A stretch of 63,494 nucleotides of DNA, filler included, from Octopus bimaculoides (taxonomy: Eukaryota): the NCBI RefSeq assembly GCF_001194135.2. It is 7 parts of 4 records of this genome, joined end to end, with 100 filler letters (N's around TTAATTAATTAA, not from the genome) between each part and the next. Parts side by side here need not be neighbours in the genome. Positions count along the whole stretch, not along the records: positions 1 to 31,076 come from NC_068983.1; positions 31,177 to 38,033 come from NC_068983.1; positions 38,134 to 43,395 come from NC_068981.1; 4 more parts are not named here. One strand, written 5' to 3'. The notes under the pieces are model-generated. The model worked only from the letters and a program-made list of their open reading frames with translations, was not told the origin of the DNA and made no database searches. The first letter of the stretch is position 1, and each line of letters opens with the position of its first letter. Both the position numbers and the translations under genes were made by a program. This document shows positions 26,784 through 38,610 of the stretch, piece by piece.

Positions 26784-28042
26784 GAGGGTTTGGACAAAAT
26801 AATGGAAATACCTAGCATCGTAGCAGCATAGTTTCGAAATAAAACCGTCAAAAGCTTGTTAATTTTTATGCTTTTTGATTTATTATTAGTTTTGCTTAAT
26901 ATTGTTTGCTAATATTGCTGTTTCTTTTCAGATTTCATCAGCAAAAAGTAATTAAAATTCATTAAAATGACAAATCTATCGAACTTTCAAAGGGATCAAA
27001 TTGTCAGTGCTCGAATGGCAGGCGCTAGCGGAACGAAAACAGCCGAGATGTTTGGTGTTTCAAGAAGTACTGTCTCGAAAGTAATAACAGCCTTTGACAA
27101 AGAGGGAAAACCGTCCTCGTCGAAACAAAACTCCGGAAGAAAACCAAAACTTTCAGATAGGGATCGTGGAACTCTTACGCGAATTGTTAGAAAGGATCAC
27201 AAAATTACTGCAGAGCTTAATGACCACCTCGAGAACCCAGTTTCCACAGAAAACTGTTCGCCAGGAGCCTCACAAAGCCGGATTTCACGGGAGAGCTTCA
27301 ATCAGAAAACCACTACTTTCAAAAACAAACGTTGCAAAGCGTTTAGAGTGGAGTAAAAACCTACAGAATTGGTCCCTAGAGCCATGGAAGAATGTTATTT
27401 TCTCGGATAAGTCATCCTTGACCTTATTTCCGACCAGCAGCTGAATATACGTGTGGAGACAGGCAAAAGAAGAATTTGACCCAGACAGCATTCTTCCAAC
27501 TATTAAACTATTAAACATGGAAGAGGATCTGTAATGATGCTGGGCGCTATATCTTGGAAACCCCCCTGCCCAATGGTTTCCTTTCAATTCAGAATTAATA
27601 GTCAAGATTATTTAAGCATTTTATCTGATCAAATTCATCCTATGGTTGCGGAACTGTGTCCGGAGGGAAACGCAACCTTTCAGGATGATAATGCCCCAAT
27701 TCACACAGCTGAAGTTACTGAATGGCACGAGGAGCATTCTAGTGAAGTTGAACATCTTATCTAGTCACCACAGTCCCCAGATCTCAATATTATTGAACAT
27801 TTACGGTGCATTTTAGAAAAAGAAGTAAGGAGTGGATATCCTCCACCATCATCACTACAAGAGCTGGAGACTGTTTTAGCCACAGAATGGATAAAAATTC
27901 CTTTGGAAACAATTCAAACTTTGTACCAGTCCATTACGTCGTAGAATTCAAGTTGTAATTACTGTCAAAGGCTATCCTACCCCATATTAAAATAAATTTG
28001 TTTGAAATTTTAAGGTGTTTCCATTATTTTCTCCAACCCCTG
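26784..28042 (+). mobile_element. Complete decayed Tc1-family DNA transposon (DD34E)
   Basis: 30-bp TIRs at 26784-26813 and 28013-28042 (26/30 identical), flanked by TA on both sides. Frameshifted transposase at 26967-~27990 with an HTH, GRKPKL, VIFSD, FQDDNAPIH and SPDLNIIEH. Confidence 0.95.
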
Positions 28043-28092
28043 TATGCACGTATACATGCATAAACACTGACATATACACATACATACATGTT

Positions 28093-28123
<31 letters not shown>

Positions 28124-30234
28124 GAAATATATAAATGTATGGCGCAGATATATAATCAGTTATGTGCCGAGTAATATTTTAATATATTTACTATGTTTCA
28201 CTATTAGTCATTTTCAAGTGCGTCTATACATGGTTTACTTTGTAAATACTAATTAAAGGTAAAACGCTACAGCTGCAAAGAGTCTGATTTTTAAGCTCTA
28301 CAATACATACAACTCCACTTCTATACAAATATAGACACACACTAACACTCATACACACCTGTATAGCGATATATAAATCCTTCAATTTAAATTAAATTTA
28401 ATCTTGGTGCGCTGCTGAAATTGTGCCACAATTGACAATGATTTATCATTTGAAACTGAAAATATTTTTTTTTCATTTGATCTCATGCCAATTTTGTTAA
28501 ATGAAGTACATATGGGACATAAGGAACATATTTTTCAAAATTATTTGTAGCTATGTGACAGCTGAAGTCATGAAACCTTACGTCTATGTACATGAAGTTT
28601 GCACACATAGAAGTGGCGTACTCATCCATCATCGTAGGAAGAATGTGACTATGAATTTAAAGTAAAAGCTGATGCTAAAGTGTTGAATAACTTCTAAGGA
28701 AACTATACATGTTCACTCGGACATAATATGTATGTGTGGCTATATATGCATGTTTTGCTTTGATTTCAAGTCGATCGCTAACAAAGTGACAAGAGTTGTT
28801 GAGTTAAGAGAGTCCCAGGTATCTGTAAATATGTAGTTGAGTTGGTGTGTTGGTCGGACTGTCGATGCACACACCGAAGTGTCTCCATCTATTCATCTAA
28901 ACAATCTGAGATAAAAACAATATTTGGAATGCCTCGCAAATCTTCACTGTGCCACTAATAGATTGCATTTGGAGAATGAATTTTTGTTTAAAATATTACT
29001 GCTAAAGATAAAATTTCAAATAAAATATTTAGATTTAGAAAATATTAAACTAATATTAAAACTAAAATATATATTACAAGTTATTACTTTTCTTTGTTAT
29101 TACTTGTTACTTCTATTAGAAATTAAAAATAATTCATTTAAAATATTTTTGCACTTTAAAAAAATTCACTTTTAAAATTATTAATTGATAATTAGAAATT
29201 TTAAAATAGGTTATAAAAGATAATAATACATAATTAGTTAATACAATAAATAGAATAATGCAAAACTTAGTTATATATTACAGTAAAATCTACCAATAAG
29301 AACAAATTCACAGTAGAATTTGTTTGAGTTCTTGCCTAAAATATCGCGAAGTCTTCACATCTGTATTCTTGATCCAATGCCTATTTTTTACATAATGAAT
29401 TTGCCTACCATATATACTATTTTACTTTGCATAAAACTTTAGCTAAATTGATACTTCTGGTTCGCATTTTTTAAAGTATTCTAATGAGTCAATATTTTAA
29501 CAAATTGATGGCACCTGTTTTGTAATTATAATGTTACTTTGTAAATTAAGGTGAAATAATTTTTACGATTCAAATTTTATTCTTAGCTGCAATATTTTAA
29601 GTAAGAATTTTCTTGTTCTGTACTTTACCAGATGCAATAAGTTATCTTGAATTTTTTCCAGGTTTAAGAATATTATAATATTATTTACAGCGTTACTACT
29701 ATTCTTCAGGTTATGATGGGATCCCAAAACGAAAGTTCGCTTGCGTGTTTATGTGCGTATGGAAGGGGGCTAGGTGACCTTGACGTGTGTGTATGTGCAT
29801 ATGTAGGTGTGTGGATGATGGTGTTGGGGATCGTAAGTGGTCAGTACTAGTGTGTGCGCTCGTGTGGGTGCTGGGAAGTGGTTAGTGCTAGTGTGTGCGA
29901 AGTGGTGTGATGTGGTGTGGAGTGGTATGGTGGTGTGTGGTGTTTGGTGTGTGGTGTGGTGGTGTGGTGTGTTGGTGTTAGATCTTGGGGGAGGCGAGAG
30001 TGAGGGAAGCAAGGATAGAGTGTAAGGGATGGGGTGGGTGGGATAGGATGTATAGGGATTGTGAGTTGGAATGTGTAGGAGTGGGATAATGAGAGAGAAG
30101 GTGACGATGAATGCAGAGGGTGGGCGGCAGAAGGTGGGTAGTAGGGAAGTGGGGAAGTGGGTATCAGAGCAAGAGACGAGAGGTGGGTGGGTGGAAGTAG
30201 GTGTGGGAGGAAGAGAGGAGAGAGGAGGAGGGTT

Positions 30235-30490
30235 AAAAGAAGACTTGAAGAGAGTTAAGCCCATGTGGCGCAAAGGAGCGAAGAGAGATTATTAATCCCT
30301 GTTCACGACGAAGAACGGGAGTTTGGATGGCTCCTATGCAAGGACAATCCGAACACGGAAAGGTGTTGAAAATAATAAGCGGTAGAGCGGAAATAGCGCA
30401 AGACCAGGGTGTCATTGTCGAGTCTGATGTCTCGGAGGTATTCCGCGAACAGGTCAGCTAAGCGGCATCCCGTTTGACCAATGTATAGAG
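30235..30490 (-). pseudogene. Penelope-like element GIY-YIG endonuclease C-terminus
   Basis: Minus: LYIGQTGCRLADLFAEYLRDIRLDNDT...LSVFGLSLH, then after a frameshift LRREQGLIISLRSFAPHGLNS. Confidence 0.85.
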
Positions 30491-30893
30491 AAAGACAGAG
30501 AGAGGAGAAGAGTCAAGTGTGTTGATATAGATTCATATGTGTACATATAGACATACGTACTTGCGCGCAAACATGCATACATATTTATATATACACACAA
30601 TAATATATAGATATTATATGTTTATATATGTATTAATATACGTTAAAAACCGGAATTAATAGTACCATTACGCTATCATTCTCTTTCCCTTTCATATCTA
30701 TTAAGCGTAATTCTCATATTTCATTTTGTGACATTCTCATACACAAACTTTTAGAATCTTACAAGTGTATCTACACATGCACTGACTGATATATATATGG
30801 GTGTGTGTGCGTGCGTGTGTGTGTATGTATGCGTCTATGAGTGTATGAATGTCTGTATCTCTGTATCTTTGTTTGTATGTATATGTATGTATG

Positions 30894-30952
<59 letters not shown>

Positions 30953-31120
30953 ATGTATATATGGATATATATTGATAAATTTGCTGATATATGTATATAT
31001 ACATATGTACATGTATACATATTTACATATATATAAAGATATATTATATACATTGTATATATATATATATTATATANNNNNNNNNNNNNNNNNNNNNNNN
31101 NNNNNNNNNNNNNNNNNNNN

Positions 31121-31132
31121 TTAATTAATTAA
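31121..31132. other. Assembly gap spacer TTAATTAATTAA (also 38078-38089, 43440-43451, 52467-52478, 58077-58088, 62041-62052)
   Basis: Identical 12-mer centred in ~100-nt N gaps, with stops in all six frames. Confidence 0.9.
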
Positions 31133-31305
31133 NNNNNNNNNNNNNNNNNNNNNNNNNNNNNNNNNNNNNNNNNNNNCGTTTTGTAAACTCTCGAAGACAA
31201 AACTAGACCGACCAACTGTTTTGAGTGGAACAAATAAAAACGGGGCAATTAAGGTAAAATATGGATTTTATTAGACGAAGAATCACGGTTGTATGAGATT
31301 ATTGC

Positions 31306-31343
31306 GGTAGTAGTAGTAGTAGTAGTAGTAGTTGCTGTTGTTG

Positions 31344-31375
<32 letters not shown>

Positions 31376-31382
31376 GGTGGTG
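31306..31382. repeat. (GTA)n(GTT)n(GGT)n compound trinucleotide repeat
   Basis: Directly visible. Confidence 0.9.
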
Positions 31383-31700
31383 TCGAGCTGCAATGAGTGA
31401 GAAGCTGTGACGATCATTCAACTTTGTCTTATCTGGAATATACAGCGTTCGATGATTAAAAAAATTAATTAATTAAAATTTAAGCAAAAATACAAAAAAA
31501 AAAAACTAAACTAAAATACTGCAATATTACGTGTAAAAGGTATCAGCGACGTATAATAGCAGAAAGCGGGAAGATGGCAGCCGTTGAAGGTTTTTAAAAT
31601 TACGCAATAACTTGCTACACAGAGGCAAAATAAAAATCAATAAAGCAACTGTGAAGCAACTCTACTCAAAAGATTATATATACACAAGTAGTGCCGTATC

Positions 31701-31982
<282 letters not shown>

Positions 31983-32094
31983 GTTACACTAATCTTATCG
32001 ATTACTTGTGCGACTGACAGGATTGGCAGACGATTTATCCGACCTCCTCGAACATATTAGCCATTTACTTGCCTTAAAAAAAAAAGCCACTATT

Positions 32095-32376
32095 ATTGTT
32101 ATTACCTCTTACTTCTTAGAGCTCTGACGGCTTCTGTGACAGCGGCCGCCAACCAGCTGCCAGAGGTCTCACAACGTCTCTTTCCATAAATTATAAGACT
32201 TGGTACTTGGATGTAAAATTACTGTGGAAGATACTCAACACCCAAACACCAATCTCAAAATCCTAGCTGAGAAGTCGGGGTGAGGTATGCTCTGCCATCA
32301 TGTCAGTTCCAATTTCTCCGTTATATTTCTCGAACTTGGTTGTTAGTGTTCCCAGTGCTTCTACAACTCCTCCTCT
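32095..32376 (-). mobile_element. R4-like (RLE) non-LTR retrotransposon 3' end
   Basis: Minus: GVVEALGTLTTKFEKYNGEIG, similar to VPIIVGALGTVSKNLE at 33.4 kb; ends in a TAA-like tail near 32095. Confidence 0.6.
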
Positions 32377-33149
32377 NNNNNNNNNNNNNNNNNNNNNNNN
32401 NNNNNNNNNNNNNNNNNNNNNNNNNNNNNNNNNNNNNNNNNNNNNNNNNNNNNNNNNNNNNNNNNNNNNNNNNNNNNNNNNNNNNNNNNNNNNNNNNNNN
32501 NNNNNNNNNNNNNNNNNNNNNNNNNNNNNNNNNNNNNNNNNNNNNNNNNNNNNNNNNNNNNNNNNNNNNNNNNNNNNNNNNNNNNNNNNNNNNNNNNNNN
32601 NNNNNNNNNNNNNNNNNNNNNNNNNNNNNNNNNNNNNNNNNNNNNNNNNNNNNNNNNNNNNNNNNNNNNNNNNNNNNNNNNNNNNNNNNNNNNNNNNNNN
32701 NNNNNNNNNNNNNNNNNNNNNNNNNNNNNNNNNNNNNNNNNNNNNNNNNNNNNNNNNNNNNNNNNNNNNNNNNNNNNNNNNNNNNNNNNNNNNNNNNNNN
32801 NNNNNNNNNNNNNNNNNNNNNNNNNNNNNNNNNNNNNNNNNNNNNNNNNNNNNNNNNNNNNNNNNNNNNNNNNNNNNNNNNNNNNNNNNNNNNNNNNNNN
32901 NNNNNNNNNNNNNNNNNNNNNNNNNNNNNNNNNNNNNNNNNNNNNNNNNNNNNNNNNNNNNNNNNNNNNNNNNNNNNNNNNNNNNNNNNNNNNNNNNNNN
33001 NNNNNNNNNNNNNNNNNNNNNNNNNNNNNNNNNNNNNNNNNNNNNNNNNNNNNNNNNNNNNNNNNNNNNNNNNNNNNNNNNNNNNNNNNNNNNNNNNNNN
33101 NNNNNNNNNNNNNNNNNNNNNNNNNNNNNNNNNNNNNNNNNNNNNNNNN

Positions 33150-33210
<61 letters not shown>
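33150..33210. repeat. (TTA)n microsatellite
   Basis: Directly visible; lies at the 3' end of the minus-strand R4-like fragment. Confidence 0.95.
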
Positions 33211-33211
<1 letters not shown>

Positions 33212-33605
33212 TTATTGTCTTTGCACAGCTTCTAACGCTGGAGATGTACTACGGTGTCAGCTGTTCACTACCAGTGAGCTAAGGTAACACCCCTTAATTT
33301 TCGAGCACCATCCGGATTATTCGAGCGGTTCCAAGCAATACTATTTTCTGCAAGTGCTCCAACCTTACTGCAGCCCCTATTTATTCTATGTACATCTCAA
33401 GGTTTTTACTCACTGTTCCCAGGGCTCCGACAATTATTGGTACTACTACCACCTTTTTCATCAACCACATGCGCTTAACTTCCCAAGCTAACCTGTCATA
33501 TCTCTCGACTTTTCTTTATTCTTTATCGCATACTTTGTAGTCAAATGGGCATGCTATATCTATGATCCAGCATAGTTTGCTTTCTTTCTTAATTAAGACT
33601 ATAGG
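33212..33605 (-). mobile_element. R4-like (RLE) non-LTR retrotransposon 3' fragment
   Basis: Minus: IVLIKKESKLCWIIDIACPFDYKVCDKE*...KKVVVVPIIVGALGTVSKNLEMYIE*IGAAVRLEHLQKIVLLGTARIIRMVLE (PD..D/E.K restriction-like endonuclease tail). Confidence 0.85.
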
Positions 33606-33699
33606 AAACAAACTACTCGCTATGTTTTGTGACGGAGAATATATCTCGCTTGTTGACATGGTGTGTATACACTTAGATCAGCTCCACCATCAACTTACA

Positions 33700-33747
33700 C
33701 TGTGAGATGTTAACATTTCAGAGTAGTTATCTCCTCATCGGTCACAG
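33700..33747 (-). ncRNA. Type I hammerhead ribozyme motif, helices intact
   Basis: Minus: CTGTGA-CCGATGA-GGAG(ataacta)CTCT-GAA-ATGTTAACAT-C-TCACAG. Stem I is 6 bp, helix III is palindromic, the cleavage triplet is AUC, and the core has a U4C change. Confidence 0.8.
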
Positions 33748-34025
33748 ACACTAAACACTACGAGCTGAATTGAGAGATTACCTCTCATATGCTTTTCCAG
33801 TCACTGTATGCTGACTGGCAGCGCTATACGGTGACTCACCGTAAGTATATTATGGAAGAGGAGAAGCGCTAAGCAGTGATAGGGGAAATTACCTTGTTAT
33901 TATCAGTCTGAGTATGTTTGAGGCACGTTCGAACTGGGGAACAAGCTACTCACTGTGTATTGTCACAGAGAATATATCTCGCTTATTGACAAGTGGTGTG
34001 TACACCTAGATCGTCTGCTTAGTAT

Positions 34026-34073
34026 CTGCGACCGATGAAGAGATAACTACTCCGAAATGTTAGAATCTCACAG
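34026..34073 (+). ncRNA. Second hammerhead copy, diverged
   Basis: CTGCGA-CCGATGA-AGAG(ataacta)CTCC-GAA-ATGTTAGAAT-C-TCACAG. Confidence 0.65.
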
Positions 34074-35148
34074 TCAAGGTAGATGGCACTGCGAACTGAT
34101 CTAGGTCTAAATACACCATATGACAAATCGCAGTGAGTAGCTTGTTCCGTAGTTTGAACGTGCATCAAGCATATTCGGACAGATAATAACATTACTATGT
34201 GTTAAGTATAAAATATCACCTTATGAGCTAATGGTATTTGGAAGTGAATAAAATGGCATTGCAAGAAACAATAAATTTCTTACAAATAATTACAGGCAAC
34301 AATTTTCTTCTTAGATAATTTCATAATCACATCTATTCATTTATTGGATTATCTATTTGGTTTCTAAGATTTTATAATTTTGTTTGATTTTGCATCAATT
34401 TAAAGATTAAATTATAAAATTAAAGCCTACGGCTTTTCCATGCAAGAAAGTTCTTTAGCCCAATATTCCAAATGTTATTATTTATAGCTTTATCTGCTTC
34501 GAGTTCCAAGATTAAGAAGGTTACCTCTTGAATTTCCTAAATCTTTGTAATGTAAACAGCATACAATTCCCGCTACTTTGGTATGACGAGACACATCTGT
34601 CATGTTCACAGAAGATATGGGTTCATGTCGTACGAACAGACTTAGACTCTTTTCTATCTAAGAGAGGTTTAAACCCAATATTTAGCATTGTAGTATTTAT
34701 AGTCTGATCCATTTCGAGTTCCACCGTTAAAAGCGGTAATATATTTTGTCCCTTTCATTTCACTAACAAAAAGAAAGACACAATACCCAATATAAATGAA
34801 ATATAATTCCTAGGCAGCTGATTATCTCCCTTGTCACATATATCAACAACCAATCGACTTAAAGATTACAAAAATAGATAGTTTGTATTATTCCGATCGT
34901 GAAGTATTTATTCCATCTGCCTGGCATCTGCTGGAAGATAGAATCATTTCCGAACGTCTGTCTGCTGTTGTATTTCATGGAACCAGACATACACACATCT
35001 CATGTTACAGTATAACTGTCCGCTTTATAAAATAAGATTAAGAATGATTAAAGAACCTGTCAGCTATAGATAGTTTTACTAACTGAACTCAATCTAAGCT
35101 GGTAACTGCTTCTCAAGCGTATTTGGTAAACATATTTTACCTACTAAA

Positions 35149-35725
35149 GCGGCGAGCAGGTAGAAACGTTAGCACGCCGGGCGAAATGCTTAGCGGTATT
35201 TCGTCTGTCTTTACTTTCTGAGATCAAATCCCCCCCCCNNNNNNNNNNNNNNNNNNNNNNNNNNNNNNNNNNNNNNNNNNNNNNNNNNNNNNNNNNNNNN
35301 NNNNNNNNNNNNNNNNNNNNNNNNNNNNNNNNNNNNNNNNNNNNNNNNNNNNNNNNNNNNNNNNNNNNNNNNNNNNNNNNNNNNNNNNNCATTTCGGGGT
35401 CGATAAATTCAGTACCAGTTGCATACTGGGGTCGATATAATTGACTGGCCCCTTCCCCAAAACTTTCAGTTTTTGTGCCTAGAGTAGAAAAGAATATTTA
35501 GTATTTTCAATGGCGGTGAGTTGGCAGAAACGTTAGCACGCCGGGCGAAATGCTTAGTTGTATTTCGTCTGTCTTTACGTTCTGAGTTCAAATTCCGCCG
35601 AGGTCGACTTTGCCTTTCACCCTTTCGGAGTCGATAAATTAAGTATCAGTTGCGTACTGGGGTCGATTTAATCGACTGGCCCCCTCCCCCAAAATTTCGG
35701 GTCTTGTGCCTAGAGTAGAGAGAAT
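35149..35725 (+). mobile_element. Two tandem SINE family A copies (first split by an N gap)
   Basis: Both begin ggcg.cgag..ggcagaaacgttagcacgccgggcgaaatgcttag and end gtgcctagagtaga..agaat. Confidence 0.9.
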
Positions 35726-36344
35726 AGATTTTACCTTCCTATGTATTTATTTAATGTATTTCTTTTCTTCTTTGTTGTCAGTTTGCGTATTTTTATTTTA
35801 CTTCGTGTATAATTTTCAGTTTCTCTTTTTCTTTCCGTTAGGGTAAGCTTTCTTAGAGAAGTGGGGGATATTATTATTTTTTTTATAATACTCGTTTTGA
35901 TTGATTTTTTTTTTCAAACGGAAACTGGTGATAATTACAGAAGAATCGGTGATGTATTTAAGGAAATATTTTTTGCGTCAAGAAAGCAAAACTTTACTGG
36001 AACTTTGAAGTGAAAATGATAGAAAGAAAGAAAGAAAGGAAGAACGAAAGAAAGAAAGAACGAAAGAAAGAAAGAACGAAAGAAATAAAGAAAGAAAGAA
36101 AGAGACAAACAAACGGATATGAATACATCCGTTTCTAAAAGTCATACATTAGACATTTATACATGTATGTATGGTTTTCTTTGAGTTTAATGTAAGTTTT
36201 TTGGGGGAGAGTTCAATCCGGTTGGTAACAAAGCAACAAAATTGTGTATGTATGTATGTATGTATGTATGTATGTATGTATGTATGTATGTGTGTATGTA
36301 TGCATACATGCATGCATGAATGCATGCATGCTTGTAATGCATGT

Positions 36345-36592
36345 ATGTATGCCCTTATTCGGTTTTATTTCAAGATTTCTTGCCAATAGAGAGAGAGAGA
36401 GAGAGAGAGCCAGTTTACCCAAGAGTCCTGCATTGGAATTTCAACATCAACAGGGTATTTTTCTACGTATGTATGTATTATGTCATTATTCAGTTTATTT
36501 CAAGATTTCTTGCCAATACAGAAAGAACCCGTTTCTAACCTAGATCCAAGAGTCCTTCATTAGAACTTCAACATCAACAACAGGGTATTTTT
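36345..36592. repeat. Diverged ~130-bp tandem duplication between (TATG)n arrays
   Basis: tttatttcaagatttcttgccaata...ccaagagtcct...caacatcaaca..gggtattttt occurs twice. Confidence 0.65.
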
Positions 36593-37360
36593 GTATGTAT
36601 GTATGTATGTATGTATGCATGTATGTATGTACGTATGTACGTACGTATGTATGTATGTATGTATGTATNNNNNNNNNNNNNNNNNNNNNNNNNNNNNNNN
36701 NNNNNNNNNNNNNNNNNNNNNNNNNNNNNNNNNNNNNNNNNNNNNNNNNNNNNNNNNNNNNNNNNNNNNNNNNNNNNNNNNNNNNNNNNNNNNNNNNNNN
36801 NNNNNNNNNNNNNNNNNNNNNNNNNNNNNNNNNNNNNNNNNNNNNNNNNNNNNNNNNNNNNNNNNNNNNNNNNNNNNNNNNNNNNNNNNNNNNNNNNNNN
36901 NNNNNNNNNNNNNNNNNNNNNNNNNNNNNNNNNNNNNNNNNNNNNNNNNNNNNNNNNNNNNNNNNNNNNNNNNNNNNNNNNNNNNNNNNNNNNNNNNNNN
37001 NNNNNNNNNNNNNNNNNNNNNNNNNNNNNNNNNNNNNNNNNNNNNNNNNNNNNNNNNNNNNNNNNNNNNNNNNNNNNNNNNNNNNNNNNNNNNNNNNNNN
37101 NNNNNNNNNNNNNNNNNNNNNNNNNNNNNNNNNNNNNNNNNNNNNNNNNNNNNNNNNNNNNNNNNNNNNNNNNNNNNNNNNNNNNNNNNNNNNNNNNNNN
37201 NNNNNNNNNNNNNNNNNNNNNNNNNNNNNNNNNNNNNNNNNNNNNNNNNNNNNNNNNNNNNNNNNNNNNNNNNNNNNNNNNNNNNNNNNNNNNNNNNNNN
37301 NNNNNNNNNNNNNNNNNNNNNNNNNNNNNNNNNNNNNNNNNNNNNNNNNNNNNNNNNNNN

Positions 37361-37900
37361 TATCCCAAATCATTATATCAGGTCTGTTGTGCTTACATTT
37401 TATTGAGGTCTTCACTGGTACATTCCACCAGTATTCCTTTTTATTATGAGTGGCTATGGCTTCCACCATATTGTAGGTTCTTATTTCTTTGTCCTGGGGG
37501 TTATCCTTCCGACGGATTTCGTTATACAGTGCCCTTGCTACAACATCATATCTCTTCGGTAGATAATACCGTGACGGTTTTTTCAGACAACTGCTTATGA
37601 TGTGGGTGATATCTTCGATGTTAACTCCACAAAATCTGCATCGGTTATCATATTTTGCTGCTTTTCTTGCATCTCTATCTCTTTTGTGCATCAGATATTT
37701 GGCTGATATTTCCTGTTCCTGGATTGCAAACGTATACCCTTCAAAGTGGGAGTTAGTAATCCGGTTGTTGGTCCATGATATACTGCTTTGATGTTCAATG
37801 TTATTATCATCCCGAAGTTTTCTACTAACATATCCATGCATGGTCTTCTGCTAATTATACGCTCATCCTTTCAAGTGATGACGCATTGCGGAAGAGCCAT
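37361..37900 (-). mobile_element. R4-like (RLE) LINE: CCHC finger and start of endonuclease
   Basis: FAIQEQEISAKY...CRFCGVNIEDITHIISSC...RYDVVA...KHNRPDIMIWD, running into a gap. Confidence 0.9.
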
Positions 37901-38133
37901 GTGACTTCTTTGGGCATGTATTTAAGGTTATCAGACAAGCAGGGCTGGTCAAAGAGCTGCTTTTCAAGTATTATGGTCTAATTAGCTTAAATATATACAT
38001 ACATGTATACAACCATACATACATACATATATANNNNNNNNNNNNNNNNNNNNNNNNNNNNNNNNNNNNNNNNNNNNTTAATTAATTAANNNNNNNNNNN
38101 NNNNNNNNNNNNNNNNNNNNNNNNNNNNNNNNN

Positions 38134-38505
38134 TTTCTACTCTAGGTACAAGGCTCGAAATTTTTGGGGAGGAGGCCAGTCGATTAGATCGACCCTAGTA
38201 CGCAACTGCTACTTAATTTACCGACCCCGAAAGGATGAAAGACAAAGTCGACCTCGGCGGAATTTGAACTCAGAACATAAAGACAGACAAAATATCGCTA
38301 AGCATTTCGCCCGGCGTGCTAACGTTTCTTATTTCTTTACTGCCTACAAGGGGCTACACACAGAGGGGACAAACAAGGACAGACAAATGGATTAAGTCGA
38401 TTATATCGACCTCAGTGCGTAACTGGTACTTATTTAATCGACCCCGAAAGGATGAAAGGCAAACATTTCGCCCGGCGTGCTAACGTTTCTGTCAGCTCGC
38501 TCCCT
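38134..38505 (-). mobile_element. Two SINE family A copies or fragments
   Basis: Reverse complement of 35512-35725, plus a second partial copy at 38395-38505. Confidence 0.85.
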
Positions 38506-38524
38506 TAAAACATCAGTAATATTG

Positions 38525-38610
38525 GCACAGGTATGGCTGTAAGGTTATTAAGTTTGCTTTGTAAGCACCTGGTTTTGGGTTCGATCCCACTGTATAGCAG
38601 TGCATTGAAA
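38525..38610 (+). mobile_element. SINE family C head fragment
   Basis: ggcacaggtatggctgtaaggttattaagtttgcttt...gggttcgatcccactg. Confidence 0.5.

Larger units (their letters stand above)
33605..34195. mobile_element. Hammerhead-containing tandem/inverted element (retrozyme- or pLTR-like)
   Basis: Direct repeat offset by 333 nt (GAGAATATATCTCGCT at 33635 and 33968); inverted copy 33896-33965 versus 34125-34195; two hammerhead motifs in opposite orientation. Confidence 0.75.

Noticed and set aside
28771-28818. Possible 48-nt plus-strand micro-exon (SIANKVTRVVELRESQ)
   Set aside because: Weak AAG acceptor, no partner exons and no recognisable homology.
28842-28877. 16-bp imperfect hairpin
   Set aside because: Too short for a pre-miRNA and does not extend.
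30298-30462. Open plus-strand frame ending in CAG|GTCAGC
   Set aside because: It is the antisense shadow of the Penelope GIY-YIG remnant.
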